Positions 49,383-64,000 are shown, counted from the first letter of the stretch. The stretch is 64,000 nucleotides of DNA from Paraspadella gotoi (GCA_051294375.1 CM119264.1:13854314-13918313), one strand, 5' to 3'. The notes: a model not told the origin generated them from the letters alone. Numbers and translations: made by a program.

Positions 49383-52300
49383 TTTTCTTTCTGGCAATTT
49401 TTTTATCCTATACAAATGATTTTATGTTTTGCTATAGTTTCCTTTACTCTTCATCACGACTCAAGAAAATACAACACGGAAATGAAACTATGAGACGGAC
49501 GGGCAGACAGACATACAGACTGAGAAGAAGGAAAAAACACTGGTATTTGGAATTGACGCCGGTTTAAAATAAAAAAACAACCAGGGAAAAAGATTGATGA
49601 AAATTCGCGCATTTCGGGCAAATGTTGACTTGTGCGGACGTTTATGATGGCTAAATACTATCATTGATTTCAAATCTTTCTCTCTCTTCGAGCTTCCACC
49701 CCGAAATAAGAAAAAGAATTTTTCCCGTAGCGGTTATCTTTATTCGCTTTCAGTTTTTTTCTTGACTCCTTTTCTTTTTTTTTACTTCTTGCTTGCTTTT
49801 TTTTCACGATTTGTTTCTCGCTAGTTATTTTCTTCTTTGGCTACCTTTTCGAGCGGTTGTTCTAGGTTTGTCTACGTTTTTCGTTATTTAGAGCCTTACT
49901 CTCGCAAGCCTGAAATAACCGAAATAAAGCAGGAATGTAAAATAAAAATAATGTGTTGTATAACCAAGTGGAGGAGAGAAAAGAAAGAGAAAGAAGAGGA
50001 GAGAGGGGACGAGAGAGACGAGAGATGAGATGAGTAGAGATCAGAGAGAAGGGAGCGAGAAGGAGAGAGGGAGGAGAGGAGAGAGATGACGAGAGCGAGA
50101 GAGAGCAGGGGAGATAGAGAGAAGAGAGAGAGAAGAGAGAGACAGAGAGAAGCGAGGGAGAGTAAGATGGGAGAGGATCAGGAGATGAGAGTAGAGAGAG
50201 GAAGTATGTATGGAAGAGAGAGAAGAGAGAGACGTGATGAGTCCAGTCAGCAACCTCTTAACATCCGAGCAGCATGCCCTCTCATCGATCGATGACGAGA
50301 TCTTTTTTGTCTTTCTTTTTTTTTTCTTCTTTCGTCTTAAAGACTTTTGAGATTGAATTTCTCTCGCGCTCCTGGACGCGGAAGATCGACCGGCCCCCCA
50401 CCGCCCCCCCCGCCCCCGGTGTTAGCGAGACGATCGAGGGGAATCTTGGACGTGCCGAGGGGGAAGAAGAGACTCGACGTGTAGTTTGGGGGGGGGTGTG
50501 GAGTGGGGGTGTGGGGTGTGTGGGTGCGGGGGAATGCGTTGATGCTGTCGGTCGGGGGAGGGTCGGTCACGGTCTGTGGATCAGCGGCTGGGATCGCGGG
50601 AGGTGGTCGTGCCGGGGGTAGTAGTGAATTGATTTGAGTCGCCGGTTCGGGGTTTTTTTGGGGCGGGGCGGGGGGGTGTCCCCAATGGCGTGGGGGTGCG
50701 ATTTGCGTAAGTGTGTGCCGATAGTTGTCCTAGTGTTTTTTTGGGGGATTGTCCTGGGCTTTTAATCTTGCTTTTGGGAAGGTTCGGTTGCCGGAGTGTT
50801 CGTTGTGTGTGGCGTATAGGTACCGTCGTTGTTTTTCGTTTACAGGGTGGGGTGGTCGGGGTGTGGTGGGGGGGGGGGGGTGGAGTAGATTCGGTCCGAT
50901 AGTGTTGGGGCGGTTCGGGTTTGTCTAGGGCGGCGGCGCAGGGGCGGCGTGATCGGGGCGTTGTACTCGTTTGGAGTGGATCCTGTTCGGTCGGCTGCGT
51001 GTTCGGTGGTCGGATGGGGTGAGTTCGGGTTGCCGGTTGATTGCGGGCCTCTCCGGGTTCGATCTGAGTCGTGTTTTGACTTTGAGCTTGGCGTTCTCTC
51101 GATTGGTTGGGATGCAGAAGGGATGCGCCGATGAAAGACAGGCGAAAACATTAGGAACGGTGGGACCGTTCCTGGCCAGGAGTGTGTCGGTGGTTCGGCG
51201 TGGGTGTAGGTTCGTGCCGGGTGCGGCGGTCTTGTCTTTGGGCGGTTTTAGTCAGCGGGTCGGAGCGGTTGGCTGTCATTTGTGAATGTGTTGTTGGTGT
51301 GGGGTGAGGGTCATGGAGGTGGTGGGTAGAGGAGTGGGAGATGGTAGAGGGTGGCGTGTGGCTAAGTGAGGGAGAACGATGCGTGAGGGGGTGAGGGTGG
51401 AAGTGGGGGGCGGGGGGGAAGAGCGCGGAGTGGCGGGAAGGGGGAGGACGTACGCAGAGAGGGGCGGGTTCGGAAAACTCGATAGGAGCTCAAGTGGTAG
51501 GAAAGGTGTTTCCTCCTTTCGTTACGTGTTTGTGTAGTGGAAATCACGAGGCTCGATCGTGAATTTTTCAATATTCTTCCATTTTAAACATTTGGATTTT
51601 TTTCTAGATAATAAATGAATAATGACAATTGGCGACAGAAAATAGTGTGAAGAAAGTGATTGAAAACATGCCCAAACATAGGAATGCGTGGGGTGTTAAG
51701 TGGGAGATCCTTGTTTCCGTTGGCGGGGGAAGGGGTGGTGTGTGGCGGAGGAGATGGAGGTATGAGAGGTAAGTTGGATTTATGTTCTGGTGGAAATGGG
51801 CGTGGCTTGCTGTAGGGGGGGGGTGGGGGTGGGGGGGGATAGAGCTTTGATTCCGGCGGTCAGCCTCTGCTTTAAATATGGACAGAAAAGCAGTATATTT
51901 AATCATGTAGGCGATTTTTGTTTGTTATTTGGCGAAGTGGGGCATGCGAGCGTAAGGTTCTATACACTTGTTGGATTAAAGACGGAGTGCGGGTACTCGC
52001 GTTGATTTGTTCTGGTGTGTCCCGTATATTTGTCGTAATAGCATCGCGGGGGTTCTATAGTGGAGGCCGGATTAGGGCTGCTGACTAGGAATTGTTGTTA
52101 GATTTTTGGAATAACGGTGTGTTACTTTTTTGAGTCCTGAGTGAGATTAGTTTTTTCGACACAGCAACAGCGGTGGGTTGTTTTGGAGTTGACGGGGGAG
52201 CACAGACGGAATTAGTTAAAGGAAATTGGAAAAATAAAGTGGAGGTATTTTTCCAATTTAGTTGTAGGAGTTTATGTGTTCGCGCAGTGAGAATAGATGA

Positions 52301-55300
52301 AAGAAAAAGACGTGGCGTTTGGTGTGGTAAGAAATTGAGTCGCGAGAGTGCGGGCGGGGGATGGGGGGGGGGTAGACTTAGGGGGTACTTACACATCCAG
52401 GTATCCGTCAGGCGAGGAGTTGGGCGTATGGACGGGCCTAGGGACCAAGGAGCGGGGCGTGGAGTATGAGAAGATGGTGGCGTGAGGGGTGTGGGAACAT
52501 GTGGGGTGAGAAGAAAAAAGAAGAGAGAGAGAAGAAGAAGAAGAAAGAACAGAAAGAGAATCGGGGGGGGGGGCCGGAGACTAGTGAGTGGTAAAAATGG
52601 ATTAGAAGGAATCGGAGGAGTTAATGGGGAGGGAAGTGACGAGGGGTGGGCTGAGGGGGGGGGGAGAGGGGGGAGAGGAGCGAACGGTGGCGGGCGGCGG
52701 GAAGGGGGGTGAACGAAGATTGTGCTTGGGGCGGATAGGGGGGGGGAGGGTCGAGGGGGGGGGAGAGGGCAGGGAGGAGAGAAGGAAGAAATATGGCGAG
52801 CGAGAGGAGAACGTGACGGGTGGGTGGAAGAAGAATGGGTTCAGGGTGCATTGAAGGGTTGTGCGAGGAGAAGTTGTGGATTGGGCGGTATGGGCGGAGG
52901 GATTGGGCAGGAGGACAGGGGGGATGAGAGGAGAATCGATTCTGACGATATCGGAGTTCAGTGCCGGGGGCGCAGAATTAGAACGAGGACAAAGGTGGGA
53001 GTGGAGAGCGGAAAACAAAAAAAAATCGGCTCTACGGTTGGGGGAAGTAGAACTCCACGCCGAGGCCGGGGCGAGCAGGGCGGTGAGCGGGAGGTAAGAT
53101 GCGAGCGAGACGGGATGTGAAGGAGAGAGAAGAAAACGTTCGGTTCCTCTGCCTTCGGAGCGAAGAAAAAAAGATCTCGCACCTTCCTTTCGTCATGGGA
53201 TGGTCGGTGGGGGAAGGAGGTGTGTATGGCCGGTGTGGCGGGGAGTGGAAGAGGTTCTGTCTAGAGTGCGGGTGTGTGAGAAGGGTGGTGGTGCGAAAAG
53301 GAGAAGCGGCGCGGCCTTTCGTCGCGTGTCGACGTCGTTGTAGGTCCAATTTTGTGCTGGTCCTCATGTTTTTTTCTAGCATTTGTATTTTTGCGTCTGC
53401 GGGCTTTCGTCGCTGTAGAAGGCGAGAAGAGAGGCGCGGGGCGCGTCGAGGTTCGTGAGTGGAGGAGTGGCAAAAGGGCTGGAAACATTTGAGAGGTGGG
53501 TGGTGGGGTGGAGTGGTGGAAGAGGATGCGGAGTCAATTGGGAGCGGAGGAAGGGGGCGCGAGGCGAGGGGCGGGGCGGGGTTGGGGCGTGGGGTGCGGG
53601 GGGGAGTGGTTGAAAAAAAAGATGTGGCCAGACGTTGTGAGCGGAGGAGCGATGGAGCGAGAAAAACAAATTTTTCGTGGTTTCGGCAATGCGACACGGA
53701 TGGTGGAGGAGCGAAGTCGGGGAGGTAAGTGGTTTTGTAAGGAGCCAGAAGAGAGCAGAAAGATGGGGCAAAAGACGTGGTGTTTCTGGGCGTATAAAGA
53801 TATAGGGAATCGTTGAATTAGAGTAGGAAGTACAGGAAGTTAGAGTAGTGGGGGAGGGGCATGAGGAGGAGGTGATGGGTCGTAGAGGTGTGCGGTTATG
53901 TGACGAAAAGATGAGAAGACTAGAAGAGTAAAAGAGAATCGGAGTTTAAAGACAGACAAGAGTGGGCGGAGAGGTGAAACCAAAGAGGGAGAGGAAGGTG
54001 GAGGGGGGGGAGAGGAGGGGTTTGAAGATTGGGGAGGAAAGAGGAGTAGGAGAGACAAGAGGGGGAGGGGCGGGATTGCAAGACAATCATTTGTGCGACG
54101 AGCAGAAGAGACAAAAAAAGGGGGGCTGAGGAGCGAGAGGCGTTTTTAAGGAGGTGGAGGAGAAAAAAAAAAGAGAGGAAAACTTAGGAAAATTTTTAAC
54201 GACGAAAAGGGGAAAGGAAATCCTTGGCTTGTTGGCGGCGTTGCTAGGGCCTGGGGCAAAGCATCAAGGGGGCAGAGAAAGGTTAGCGCCGAGCGGGAGG
54301 GGCAGAGAGGGGAAGGAGCGAGGAGAGGGGGGAGGGGTGGGGTGAGGGGAGGAGAGAGGGAGGGGATGAGAGAAGGGGAAGGGATGGGAGGTGTTAGGTG
54401 ATGTAGAGGAGAGGGGGGTGGAGGGGGGGGGGCGGGGGGGGGGGGGGAGGGGGGGAGAGGGGGGCAGGGGGAGAGAAGGGTGGGAGTGGAGGGGGGGGGG
54501 GTGGGGGGGGGGAGGGTGGAGATGAGAGAGAGAGGGGGGAGGGAGAGAGGAGAGAGAGGCAGAGAGAGGAGGGGATGGAAGAAAGGAGAAAGAGAGCAGG
54601 GACGAGAGAGGGGAAGGGGAGAGGTGGAATAGGGCGGGGAGGGAGGAGGAGAGAAGGGGCGGAGAGGGGAATGGGAGAGAGATGAGATGGAGAGAGAGAG
54701 GGAGAGAGAGACGGAGGAGAGAGAGAGAGTTTTCGAGAAAAAGACTCATTTGCTAAGTCGCGGAAGGGAAAAATGGGCCTCGGGGCTGAACGGTGACGGT
54801 GTGGTACTCGAGGTGGTGATGGAGTTTAGATTCTGGGTTATCCGGTGATTGTGGTGATTATCGTCCTCTTACCGTAGATTGCTGATTGTGGTGATTGATC
54901 GAGCGCGAGTGAAAAAAAACCATATGATAACGCTTGATATATGGTTCATAAACTGATAAACTTGAGTGGATTGTGATTATTTTGTTGTCGTGTTTGTTGT
55001 TAAACGCTTTTATATGTTTCACTTTAAGAGCTTTAAAGATTTCCATGTTTAATGTTCTTGTTTTCCGCGGTGGGAAATCTTTTTTTTTTTAAATCAGGGA
55101 GTTGGCGAGAACGACAAAAAAAATTCTCAAAAGGAGAACGATTGCTAAAAAGAACAATCTATTTTGTTTTTCCACAGAAAACAGATAAATGTTTATTCTG
55201 TGTGACGAAAATATAGAAAATATATCGGCAGTGCTCGATGCCTCGCCTGTTATCGGTGGGCTTTATTTATCTGTTCATAATTATAAATATATACATTCTA

Positions 55301-56431
55301 TCTAATAGTTTTTCTTTATTCCAAATTACAAAGAGGAAGAATTATCCCTTGTTCTCTATTTATGCACGTAATGCCATCCATATCCCGAACAAAAGCCTTT
55401 GCTGTTAAAAAAAAGATGTGAACGTTTACACTTAAAGTGGGCAAGAACACCAGTAATCATGTTCGCCTACGAAGAAAAAAAATGATACTTTAGGGGAAAA
55501 AAACGAAAATAAAAATTCAGGTGGTCATTCGAACGAATTCAGTTTCGCACGAAAACAGATTTATCGACATGACGCTTTTTCTTTTTTCCTTTTTCATTTT
55601 TTTTTTTGAACAAACGATTCAGATGTGACGTCACTTTTTTTTTCTGGTTCGAGATTAATCGACTTAGATATGACAAACGTCGGTACTCCGAATGTCTGTT
55701 CAATCGTCCGTTCCGTCGTCGTCTACGTTACGTCATCTTCCCGTCGTCGTCTTACTCTCCAATCCTGACAATTAGCACGCCATTAGGATTTCGTGACGAG
55801 CGAGTCCCGCAATTTCGTGACAACAAACTTTCACCTTTTCAGTGCATACGCTTAACGAGAAGATTCGAGTGCTATACAATGTGCATCGAAGTAATCCTAT
55901 CTACCTGTTTTTGAAAAAAACAAAAAAAAAAATTAAAAGCCCTTAAGGTAAACTTCTTTAAGTCCATATCTCCCGGATCATATTTTCGATTTTCTTGTCT
56001 TCTTCTTATACTCGTGAATGTATGCTTAATACCTCNNNNNNNNNNNNNNNNNNNNNNNNNTCGACCGTTAGACTCGCGCCTCCAGGTGAAACTTCGGATG
56101 TCCCATTGCGGATTCCCTAGCAGTGGGATGCAGGGAACCCGGAACACATNNNNNNNNNNNNNNNNNNNNNNNNNNNNNNNNNNNNNNNNNNNNNNNNNNN
56201 NNNNNNNNNNNNNNNNNNNNNNNNNNNNNNNNNNNNNNNNNNNNNNNNNNNNNNNNNNNNNNNNNNNNNNNNNNNNNNNNNNNNNNNNNNNNNNNNNNNN
56301 NNNNNNNNNNNNNNNNNNNNNNNNNNNNNNNNNNNNNNNNNNNNNNNNNNNNNNNNNNNNNNNTTTTAAAAAAGGAAGTCAATTTCTGTTGTTTATGTTT
56401 AATAAACGGTTTTGATACAATATCATCGCCA

Positions 56432-56562
<131 letters not shown>

Positions 56563-56674
56563 TAAATTTAGGAATATTTCATTTGTTTGTAATTATGTTC
56601 ACATACAAAATGTTCAAATTGGCCAATCGTATATTTATAGTTCTCTTTTTATTACATCAGAACATCATATTATG

Positions 56675-57490
56675 CTAAATTAAGCAAAAAAAAGATGTCC
56701 GTCCGTCTGTCTATCTGTCTGTCTGTCTGTCTGTCCGTCCCCCCTTATCAAAAAACTTCAATTACTCGTAATTGGATGGATGGATTACAATGAAATTGTG
56801 TGTGTGGTGAGGAAAGTGTATGATTGAGCTGGATATTACGTTTCGATGTAATCGTGCGAGTGGAAATGAGTTTAAATAGAAAAAACATAAGTCACATTAA
56901 CATAAATCTAATTTTAACCCATAATTATTCGAATTAATTATAATTGGATGGATAGATTGAGATTAAATGTTGTGTGTGGGTAGGAAAGTGTGTGATGAAG
57001 CTGGATATAAAGTTTAGATGGAGTGGAAATGAGTTTAAATGGAAAAAACATAAGTCAAGTTGACTTTAATTTTTATTATTTATGCTTACTCATGAATGTT
57101 TTAATAAATTGATTAATAAATTAAGTGAAAAAATGATGCAAGTTGAAAGAATGATGTAAGTTAAAAGAATGATGCAAGTTGAAAGAATGATGCAAGTTGA
57201 NNNNNNNNNNNNNNNNNNNNNNNNNNNNNNNNNNNNNNNNNNNNNNNNNNNNNNNNNNNNNNNNNNNNNNNNNNNNNNNNNNNNNNNNNNNNNNNNNNNN
57301 NNNNNNNNNNNNNNNNNNNNNNNNNNNNNNNNNNNNNNNNNNNNNNNNNNNNNNNNNNNNNNNNNNNNNNNNNNNNNNNNNNNNNNNNNNNNNNNNNNNN
57401 NNNNNNNNNTTTATTTATTTATTTATTTATTTAGCTGATTACCGCTTAAATATCGTTGGCAGAGCCGACATTGTTTGCTCAAACTTGTTT
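56675..57490 (+). mobile_element. DINE-1/HINE-like element with an 18-bp internal array (ATGATGCAAGTTGAAAGA)
   Basis: (GTCY)n near the 5' end, array from 57133 into the gap, 3' stem-loop gttggc-aga-gccgac followed by ...aacttgttt. Confidence 0.58.
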
Positions 57491-58203
57491 CATTCCATTT
57501 TTCTTTCTGCAATTTTTTTTATCCTTACAAATGATTTTATGTTTTGCTATAAGTTTCTTTTACTCTTCATCACGACTCAAGAAAATACAAAGGGATAAAC
57601 TGTACGACGGGCAGACAGACAAACAGACAGAGAGAAAGAAAAAACACGGTTTCAGGAATTTGACGCCGGTTTAAAATATAAAAAAAAAAGATAGGAAAAT
57701 TCGCGATATCGGGCAATGTTGACTTGTTGCGACGTTTATGATGCTAATATTTCATTGATACAAACTTTCTCTCTCTTCGGAGCTTCCACCGAAAAAAGAA
57801 AGAATTTTCCGTTGCGTTTTCTTTTTTTAAGTTTTTTCTTGACTCCTTTTTTTTTTTTACTTCCTTGCTTCTTTTTTTCAGTTTGTNNNNNNNNNNNNNN
57901 NNNNNNNNNNNNNNNNNNNNNNNNNNNNNNNNNNNNNNNNNNNNNNNNNNNNNNNNNNNNNNNNNNNNNNNNNNNNNNNNNNNNNNNNNNGTGGCGGGGC
58001 GGTGAGGCGTCGATCTTCGCAGTATGAGAGGAAATTAAATCCAAGTTTTTAGACGAAAGAAAAAAAAAAGAAAGAAAAAAAGTATTGTCATCGATGATGA
58101 GGGATGTCTCTCGGATTAAAGGTGCTATGGACTCATCACTCTCCTCTCTCTCTCTCTTTCTCTTCTTCTTCTCTCTCTTTCTCTCTCTCATCCCTCTCCC
58201 TCT

Positions 58204-58245
<42 letters not shown>

Positions 58246-60015
58246 TCCTCTTTTCTCGTGTCTTTCTCTCTCTTCTCTCTCTCTCTCTCTCTCTCTCTTC
58301 CCCCCAAATTTACGAAATCGATCTTGACGTCCGAAGGAAAAGCCTCGACGTATTTGGGGTTGGGTTCGATATTTCTCGGAGGTCGTCACTCTTCATACCT
58401 GATCGCATCTCCGGTTCGTTGCTTCAATGATTCGATCGTAAGTTTCCTAGTTTCCTATTTTTTTCATTCCCTCTTTTAATCTTCTTTTAATTCGTTCATT
58501 CGTTCGTTCGTTCGTTCTCCGTTCGCCAGTTTGATCGTTCGCTAGTTCGTGCCTTCTTTCGTTTGTCACTCTTTCTTTTCAATTTTTTTGCCTAATTACT
58601 GGGAATCGGAACCAACTCCAAACTTCAAACTCAAGACTCAATGGAATTCCTCCGCAGGCGATTATCCCATTTAATTTTTTTTTCTGAGAAAAAAGATGGA
58701 GGCGAAGTAAGTTAAAAGACTTTCCCTTCGGGGTGAGTATCGCTTTTTGTTCTTTTCCCCGGGGAGCCGAAGCAACATCGGGTAGAATCGACAATTCTAT
58801 ACCCTACCAACCCTGATATAAAGTGCGTTTGAACATTGAAAAAAAAAAGAAAGAAAAAAAATTGGCCACTATTGATAAAATTAAAGATTGAATTAATGGA
58901 GAGAAGACAGGGCTGGGGAAAGAGCAACAGGCGCATTGAACAATTTCTGCGAGTGGGAGTACGAAGCAGAGAAATAGCGACAGAAACTAGTGAAAAATTC
59001 AGTCGATTAAGTTGTCGAGTGATGGCGAGATTGCGAGACAGGATGAGAGAGAATCGTCTGGAGATATCAGTCGTTCCGGCAAATTAGAACGAGACCAAAG
59101 GTGGCGAAAAAAATGGCATTAGGTGGGAAGTAACTCATGCCGAGGTGGCGAATAAGATGGCACGAAGCGATGGAAGAACGTCGGTTCCTCTGCCTCGAGC
59201 GAAGAAAATCTCGCCTCCTTTCTATGGGATGGTGGAAGAGTGTTATGCCGGTTGGGGGAGTGGAAGAGGGTTTTGGGTGCGGGTGTAGAAGGGGTGGTGG
59301 CAGAAGCGGCGCCTTTCGTCGCTTCGACTCGTTTAGGTCCATTTTTCGTCTCATTTATTCTACATTTTTTTTCTCTCGTTTCGTCGCTGGAGACGAAGGA
59401 GGCGCGGCTCGAGTTCGAGAGAGTGGAAGGGTGGAAACTTTGGAGGGGGTGGGGTGGAGTGGGGGAGAGGATGCAGTCATTGGGACGGAGGAAGGCCGGG
59501 GGGGCGGTTGGTGGGGGGGAGGTTAAAAGAAAGGGTGAGCGAGAGAAATAAAATTTTCTGTTTCGGAGATGCACACGGAGCGAATCATGAGTAAGTTTTA
59601 GGGACAGAACGAAGCAGAAAATGGGGCAAAAATGTTGTCTGGGGCTATAAAATTGAAATCTTAATTGATAAATACAAATTAGATATACATAAATATGTTC
59701 GTAAGTGACGTTATTACAAAAATGAAAACAAAGATAAAAAATATTAAAAACAAAAGAGTTGCAAAAGAAAGTGAATGATTGAAAATTGAAATAAAGATAA
59801 AGACAATATCATAAACAATCATTTTGCAAGCAAAGAGAAAAACTGAGCAAACTTTTTAATGAGAGAAAAAAAAGGAGAAAAACTAGAAAATTTTTAACGA
59901 CGGAAAAGGGAAGGAAATCCTTGGCTTGTTGGCGGCGTTGCTCAGGGCCTGGGCAAGCAAAGGGCAAAAATAGCGCCGGGCAGAGAAACAGAGAGAGAGA
60001 GAGAGAGAGAGAGAT

Positions 60016-60049
<34 letters not shown>

Positions 60050-61780
60050 GAAGAGAGAGAGAGAGAGAGAAGAGAGACGAGATGAGAGAGAGGAATGAGA
60101 GGAAGAGAAAGAGAGAGAAGACGCAGAGAGAAGAGAGAGAGAGAGATGGGAGAGAGATGAAGAGCAGGAGAGAGAGAGAGAGAGAGAGTTTTCCGAGAAA
60201 AAGACTCATTTCTAAGTCGCGGAAGGAAAAATGGGCCTCCGGGGCTGAAGCAGTGACGGTGGTGGTTACTAGAGGTGGTGATGGAGGTTAATTCTGGTTA
60301 TCCCGGTGATTGTGGTGATTATCGCCTTTGCCGTGATTGATGATTGTGGTGATTGTCGAGGCGCGTGAAAAAAAAACAATATGATAATGCTGATAATGGT
60401 CATAAACTGATAAACTTGAGTGATTTCGTTATTTTTGTTGTTGTTGTTGTTAAACGCTTTTTATGTTTCACTTTAAAGAGTTACAGATTTCCATGTTTAA
60501 TTTCTTGTTTTCGCGTGAAAATCTTTTTTTTTAAATGGGAGTTGGCGAGACGAAAAAAAATTTCAAAGAGAACGATTGCTAAAAAGAAAATCATTTTTTT
60601 CTCCACAGAAAAAAGATAAATGTTTATTTCTTGTGACGAAAATAAAAGGAAATATATCGGGTGCTCGATGCCTCGCCTTTATGGTGGGCACTTTATTTAT
60701 TATAATTATAAATAATATAATTCTAATCTAACGTTTTTTTCATTCCAAATTAAAAATAGGAAGAATTATCCCTCGTTCTCTTTTTGCGTAAAGCCACTCC
60801 ATACTCCCACACAAACTTTCTTTAAAAAAAAAATGTGAAGTTTAACTTAAAGTGGAGCAAAAACCAGTTCATGTCTCCTCGAAGAAAAAAAATGATATTT
60901 AGGGAAAAAAAAAGAAATAAAAATTCATCATCGAACGAATTCGTTTCGCACGAAAAGACGATTTATCGATTGACGCTTTTTCTTTTTTTCCTTTTTTCCT
61001 TTTTTTTTTTGACAAAGATCAATGATGACGTCACTTTTTTTTTCTGGTTCGAGATTAAATCGAATTAATATGAAACCTTGTCTCCGATGTCTTCATCGTC
61101 GTCGTCGTCGTCGTCATCTTCGTCGTCGTCTTACTCCTAATCGTGACAATAACGCTTGGATTTCGTGACGCGATCCCCGCAATTTCGTGACAAAAACTTC
61201 ACCTTTTCGTGATCGCTTAACGAGAAGATTCGAGTAGTTACAATGTGATCGAAGTGAATCCTCTACCTTTTTTGAAAAAAAAAATTTAAAAGCCTAATTA
61301 AACTTTTTAATCTATCTCCCGGATCACTATTTTTTTTTTCTTGTCATTCTCTTAACTCGGTGATGACTGCTTAATACCTCTATTCTTTTATTCACCAAAA
61401 AATGATTATTAATTTAATCAACTGAAATTCAGGAAAAAAAAAGTATATCAACGTTTTCCTATATCTGTCGCTCGATGGCGCTTTAATTAGCGCCGAGCGT
61501 TTCGCGTCTCATTCCTTCGGCTTTGCAATTACGACGCCGATGACGACGACGACGACGACATGAAAAACGAATATTTATTATTTTTATCTTTTTAATAAAT
61601 TCCGGAATTTAATTATTTTTCACTTTTCATGATAATTCATTTTTATGAAAGCGATTAGGTAAACGAGCGAGGCGACAGCCGTATGTTCTCTGTAGTTCCT
61701 ACTCCACCCTCCTAATACCTCAATAATTCCCTCTCCCCTATCCTCTTAAATCCTCTCTCTCTCTCTCTCCTCGTCTCTCT

Positions 61781-61829
<49 letters not shown>

Positions 61830-61981
61830 GTCTCTCTCTCTCTCTCTCTCCCCTCTCATTTCTTCATCCCCACTTATTCTCTCCACCCCGACGTCCCCGC
61901 CTTCTTAAGCGCAAACCACCGCTGTCGCCTCCCGCTCAGTTTTCATCCAGAATTCTCCCACTTTTGAGTCATCCCTTCAAC

Positions 61982-62023
<42 letters not shown>

Positions 62024-62764
62024 TCGTCGTCGTCAACAACTCCCCCATTCAGTGGGCCCACTGGCAAGGCATCATCTTACCGTTCATCGTCGTCGTCGTC
62101 GTCGTCGCCGACGTCTATCGCCGCCAGCGACAACGAAAGAAAACAAAAGCGTCGATCAATATTTAATGATTAATTTATTTAATGTTTTTCAACGTTGTTA
62201 TTCTGTTTAAGAGTAAGATAAATTTGTGGTGGTCGTCCCCGTCGTTATCATCAATCAATAATCATCATAATCATCATCATCATCATCATCATCTTCATCA
62301 TCATCATCATCATCACAAGATAAAGCTTGTCAATCACTACATATGTTCCCCAAAATTTGATTTGAATTCGTAGTTTCGTTCAAGAGTCTATTTTTTCCCT
62401 TTGACCACTTTTTAGTTGGAATGTCACACTCCCCGGTCACGTCCCAATTCTGAGTCATGTCCTTGACGTCATTTTCATTTTCGACGTCATTCGCTCCGTA
62501 CAGATGACGTCGCCATTTGAATTGATGTTATTTGAATTGATGTCACGCAATTCAAAGGCGACCGGGACAGCGACGACGATGACGACGACGACGACGACCA
62601 ACAAGACGACGAAGAAATCGTCCCGGGTTCGAATCCCGCAGCTTCAGAGGGTTCGCCGCTTCCGCCTCCTTTAAATCGTCGTTCGAAACCCAAGGATTTC
62701 CGGCGATAAAAGTGACGACGACGAAAACGACGACGACGACGATGGAAATGTAACAGATGTCAAA

Positions 62765-62796
<32 letters not shown>

Positions 62797-62971
62797 AGAG
62801 GAAAAGTGTTTAACGATTTGTTGTAAAAAATCGTGACTCTGAATATGAAAGTGAGCAGCGATGATGAATTTTTTTCCCCCTTTCTTTCTTTTTTTCTTTC
62901 TTTCCTTTTTTTTTGGCCCGTCGTCATTTTTACGGCGGCCGTTTGAGTTGTCGTAGTGATTGTAGCTGTCA

Positions 62972-63008
<37 letters not shown>

Positions 63009-64000
63009 TTATTTGATGTCGTCGTCTTCGCTAACTTAGTTTTCTAGCAAAGGATAATCTTCAACTCTGCAGATAAGATCATTTGCAACGCATTTGGTAA
63101 TACCGTATTCAACGCTTCACGTAATTGTCACAAACTTGGCTTTCCAATCACGATTTACCTAATGGGGCGATATATTTATACACGACCCCCTTTTTGGGGT
63201 AACGATTAACCCGGTATATGGAGTATTTTTGGGGAGAGAAGTCGGGACGATTAATATTATTAACTGTTGGCTAATAGTATCTAGTTTGACGTCAATTTAA
63301 TCAAGCTTTACCGACGCGAGAATCTAAATGGGGCATTAATGACGGCGGGGGAGGAATTCGCAGGGAGGGGGGGGAGATGGGGCCAGGGTCGGGGGATGGG
63401 TGGAGGAGGGGGTTCAGGGTGAGGAATTGGAAATTAGACATTTAAGGATTAGGATAAAGTGGGTTGAAGAATAGTACAAACTACAATGTAGGGATGAAAT
63501 TGTGTTTTATTTGAGTTCTTTAGCGCCAGCTTTAAATCCTATCTATTTCGATGCACAAAAAAAAACGTTTTTTTTACTCGAATAAAAACTTTTCCTTGTA
63601 GTACTTTTTTTTCGAGAAATTGAACTTAAGATATTAGAAGTAATTTATTCCAGGTTTTGGGTGGCTTCGAGGCATATCGTCGTGTGGGCCAAGTGATTTC
63701 ATTGACGGGATAAGAGAGAAAGGACGGAAGGAAGTTGTCGGATTAGATCCCGATGGGGCTCTTCTTCCGAGGCTGGATGGTTAGCGGGCGAGAGGGTTGG
63801 ACCAGCGAGGGCCGAACCGCTCATTAACACATTTATTGCTCCTAATTTTGTCAGTCGGGTTTTATTTTAGATTCTTTCTGTGCTGTAGTCTAGACAAATG
63901 TTTTGAACAAGGACATTGATAATATATAAATTTAAAATATAAATTTTGAAGAAAACAATTTTTATCTGAATAGAAATTTATTATCGTGTTTTGTTTTTTT

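Larger units (their letters stand above)
46900..56035 (+). other. Noisy tandem duplicate of 56061-61380 (probable uncorrected long-read gap fill or alternate haplotype)
   Basis: Colinear matches: 47088~56364, 48260~56695, 49350-49810~57450-57886, 52930-53850~59050-59660, 54720-56035~60180-61380. Heavy G-insertion noise in 50400-54700. Confidence 0.82.

Noticed and set aside
50274-54749. Dense Gly/Arg/Pro-rich ORFs and G-quadruplex-like tracts
   Set aside because: Lie in the noisy duplicate; G runs are absent from the cleaner copy.
58300-59580. Possible exons or 5' UTR (e.g. minus MKSDDLREISNPTP...; plus YEIDLDVRRKSLDV...)
   Set aside because: Strand and frame could not be decided, no motif, no phase-linked partner exon.
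61950-62173. Ser-rich exon-like ORF on +
   Set aside because: Mostly (TCG)n repeat; no linked exons identified.
62620-62645. B-box-like GGGTTCGAATCCCG
   Set aside because: No A box or tRNA stems around it.
63640-63800. GC-richer exon-like island near the window end
   Set aside because: Open frames and splice-like sites on both strands; cannot be assigned without flanking sequence.

Overview
AT-rich, microsatellite-dense eukaryotic (animal-like) genomic DNA with spliceosomal GT-AG introns and N gaps. Several blocks look like unpolished long-read fill. Best-supported content: (1) two tandem paralogous 4-exon genes on + (5865-9001, 463 aa; 9595-11538, 459 aa) encoding a protein I do not recognise, with a conserved basic head, a ~230-aa Glu-rich spacer, a conserved RRWGLRGPWRTQ motif and a tail of repeated RRSS sites; (2) a convergent ~23.5-kb gene on - (about 36054 to 12592) encoding a predicted membrane protein with signal/anchor, one Ig domain, Thr-rich stalk, a probable divergent CUB domain, an LDL-receptor class A domain and a KRRCCC-containing tail (the transmembrane exon is inferred to lie in an N gap); (3) three frameshifted gene-like blocks inside intron 1 of that gene; (4) a two-copy MITE with target-site duplications, DINE-1/HINE-like elements with 18-bp internal arrays, an inverted pair with a degenerate Penelope-type minimal hammerhead motif, a tRNA-Leu 3' fragment and a 1-kb palindrome. 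18559-19975 (inverted) and 46900-56035 (tandem) are noisy duplicates of neighbouring sequence and are probably assembly artefacts. Most ORFs in the supplied track are microsatellite or gap artefacts. No prokaryotic operons, CRISPR arrays or rRNA were seen. All exon and domain calls were made by eye; no database search was possible.
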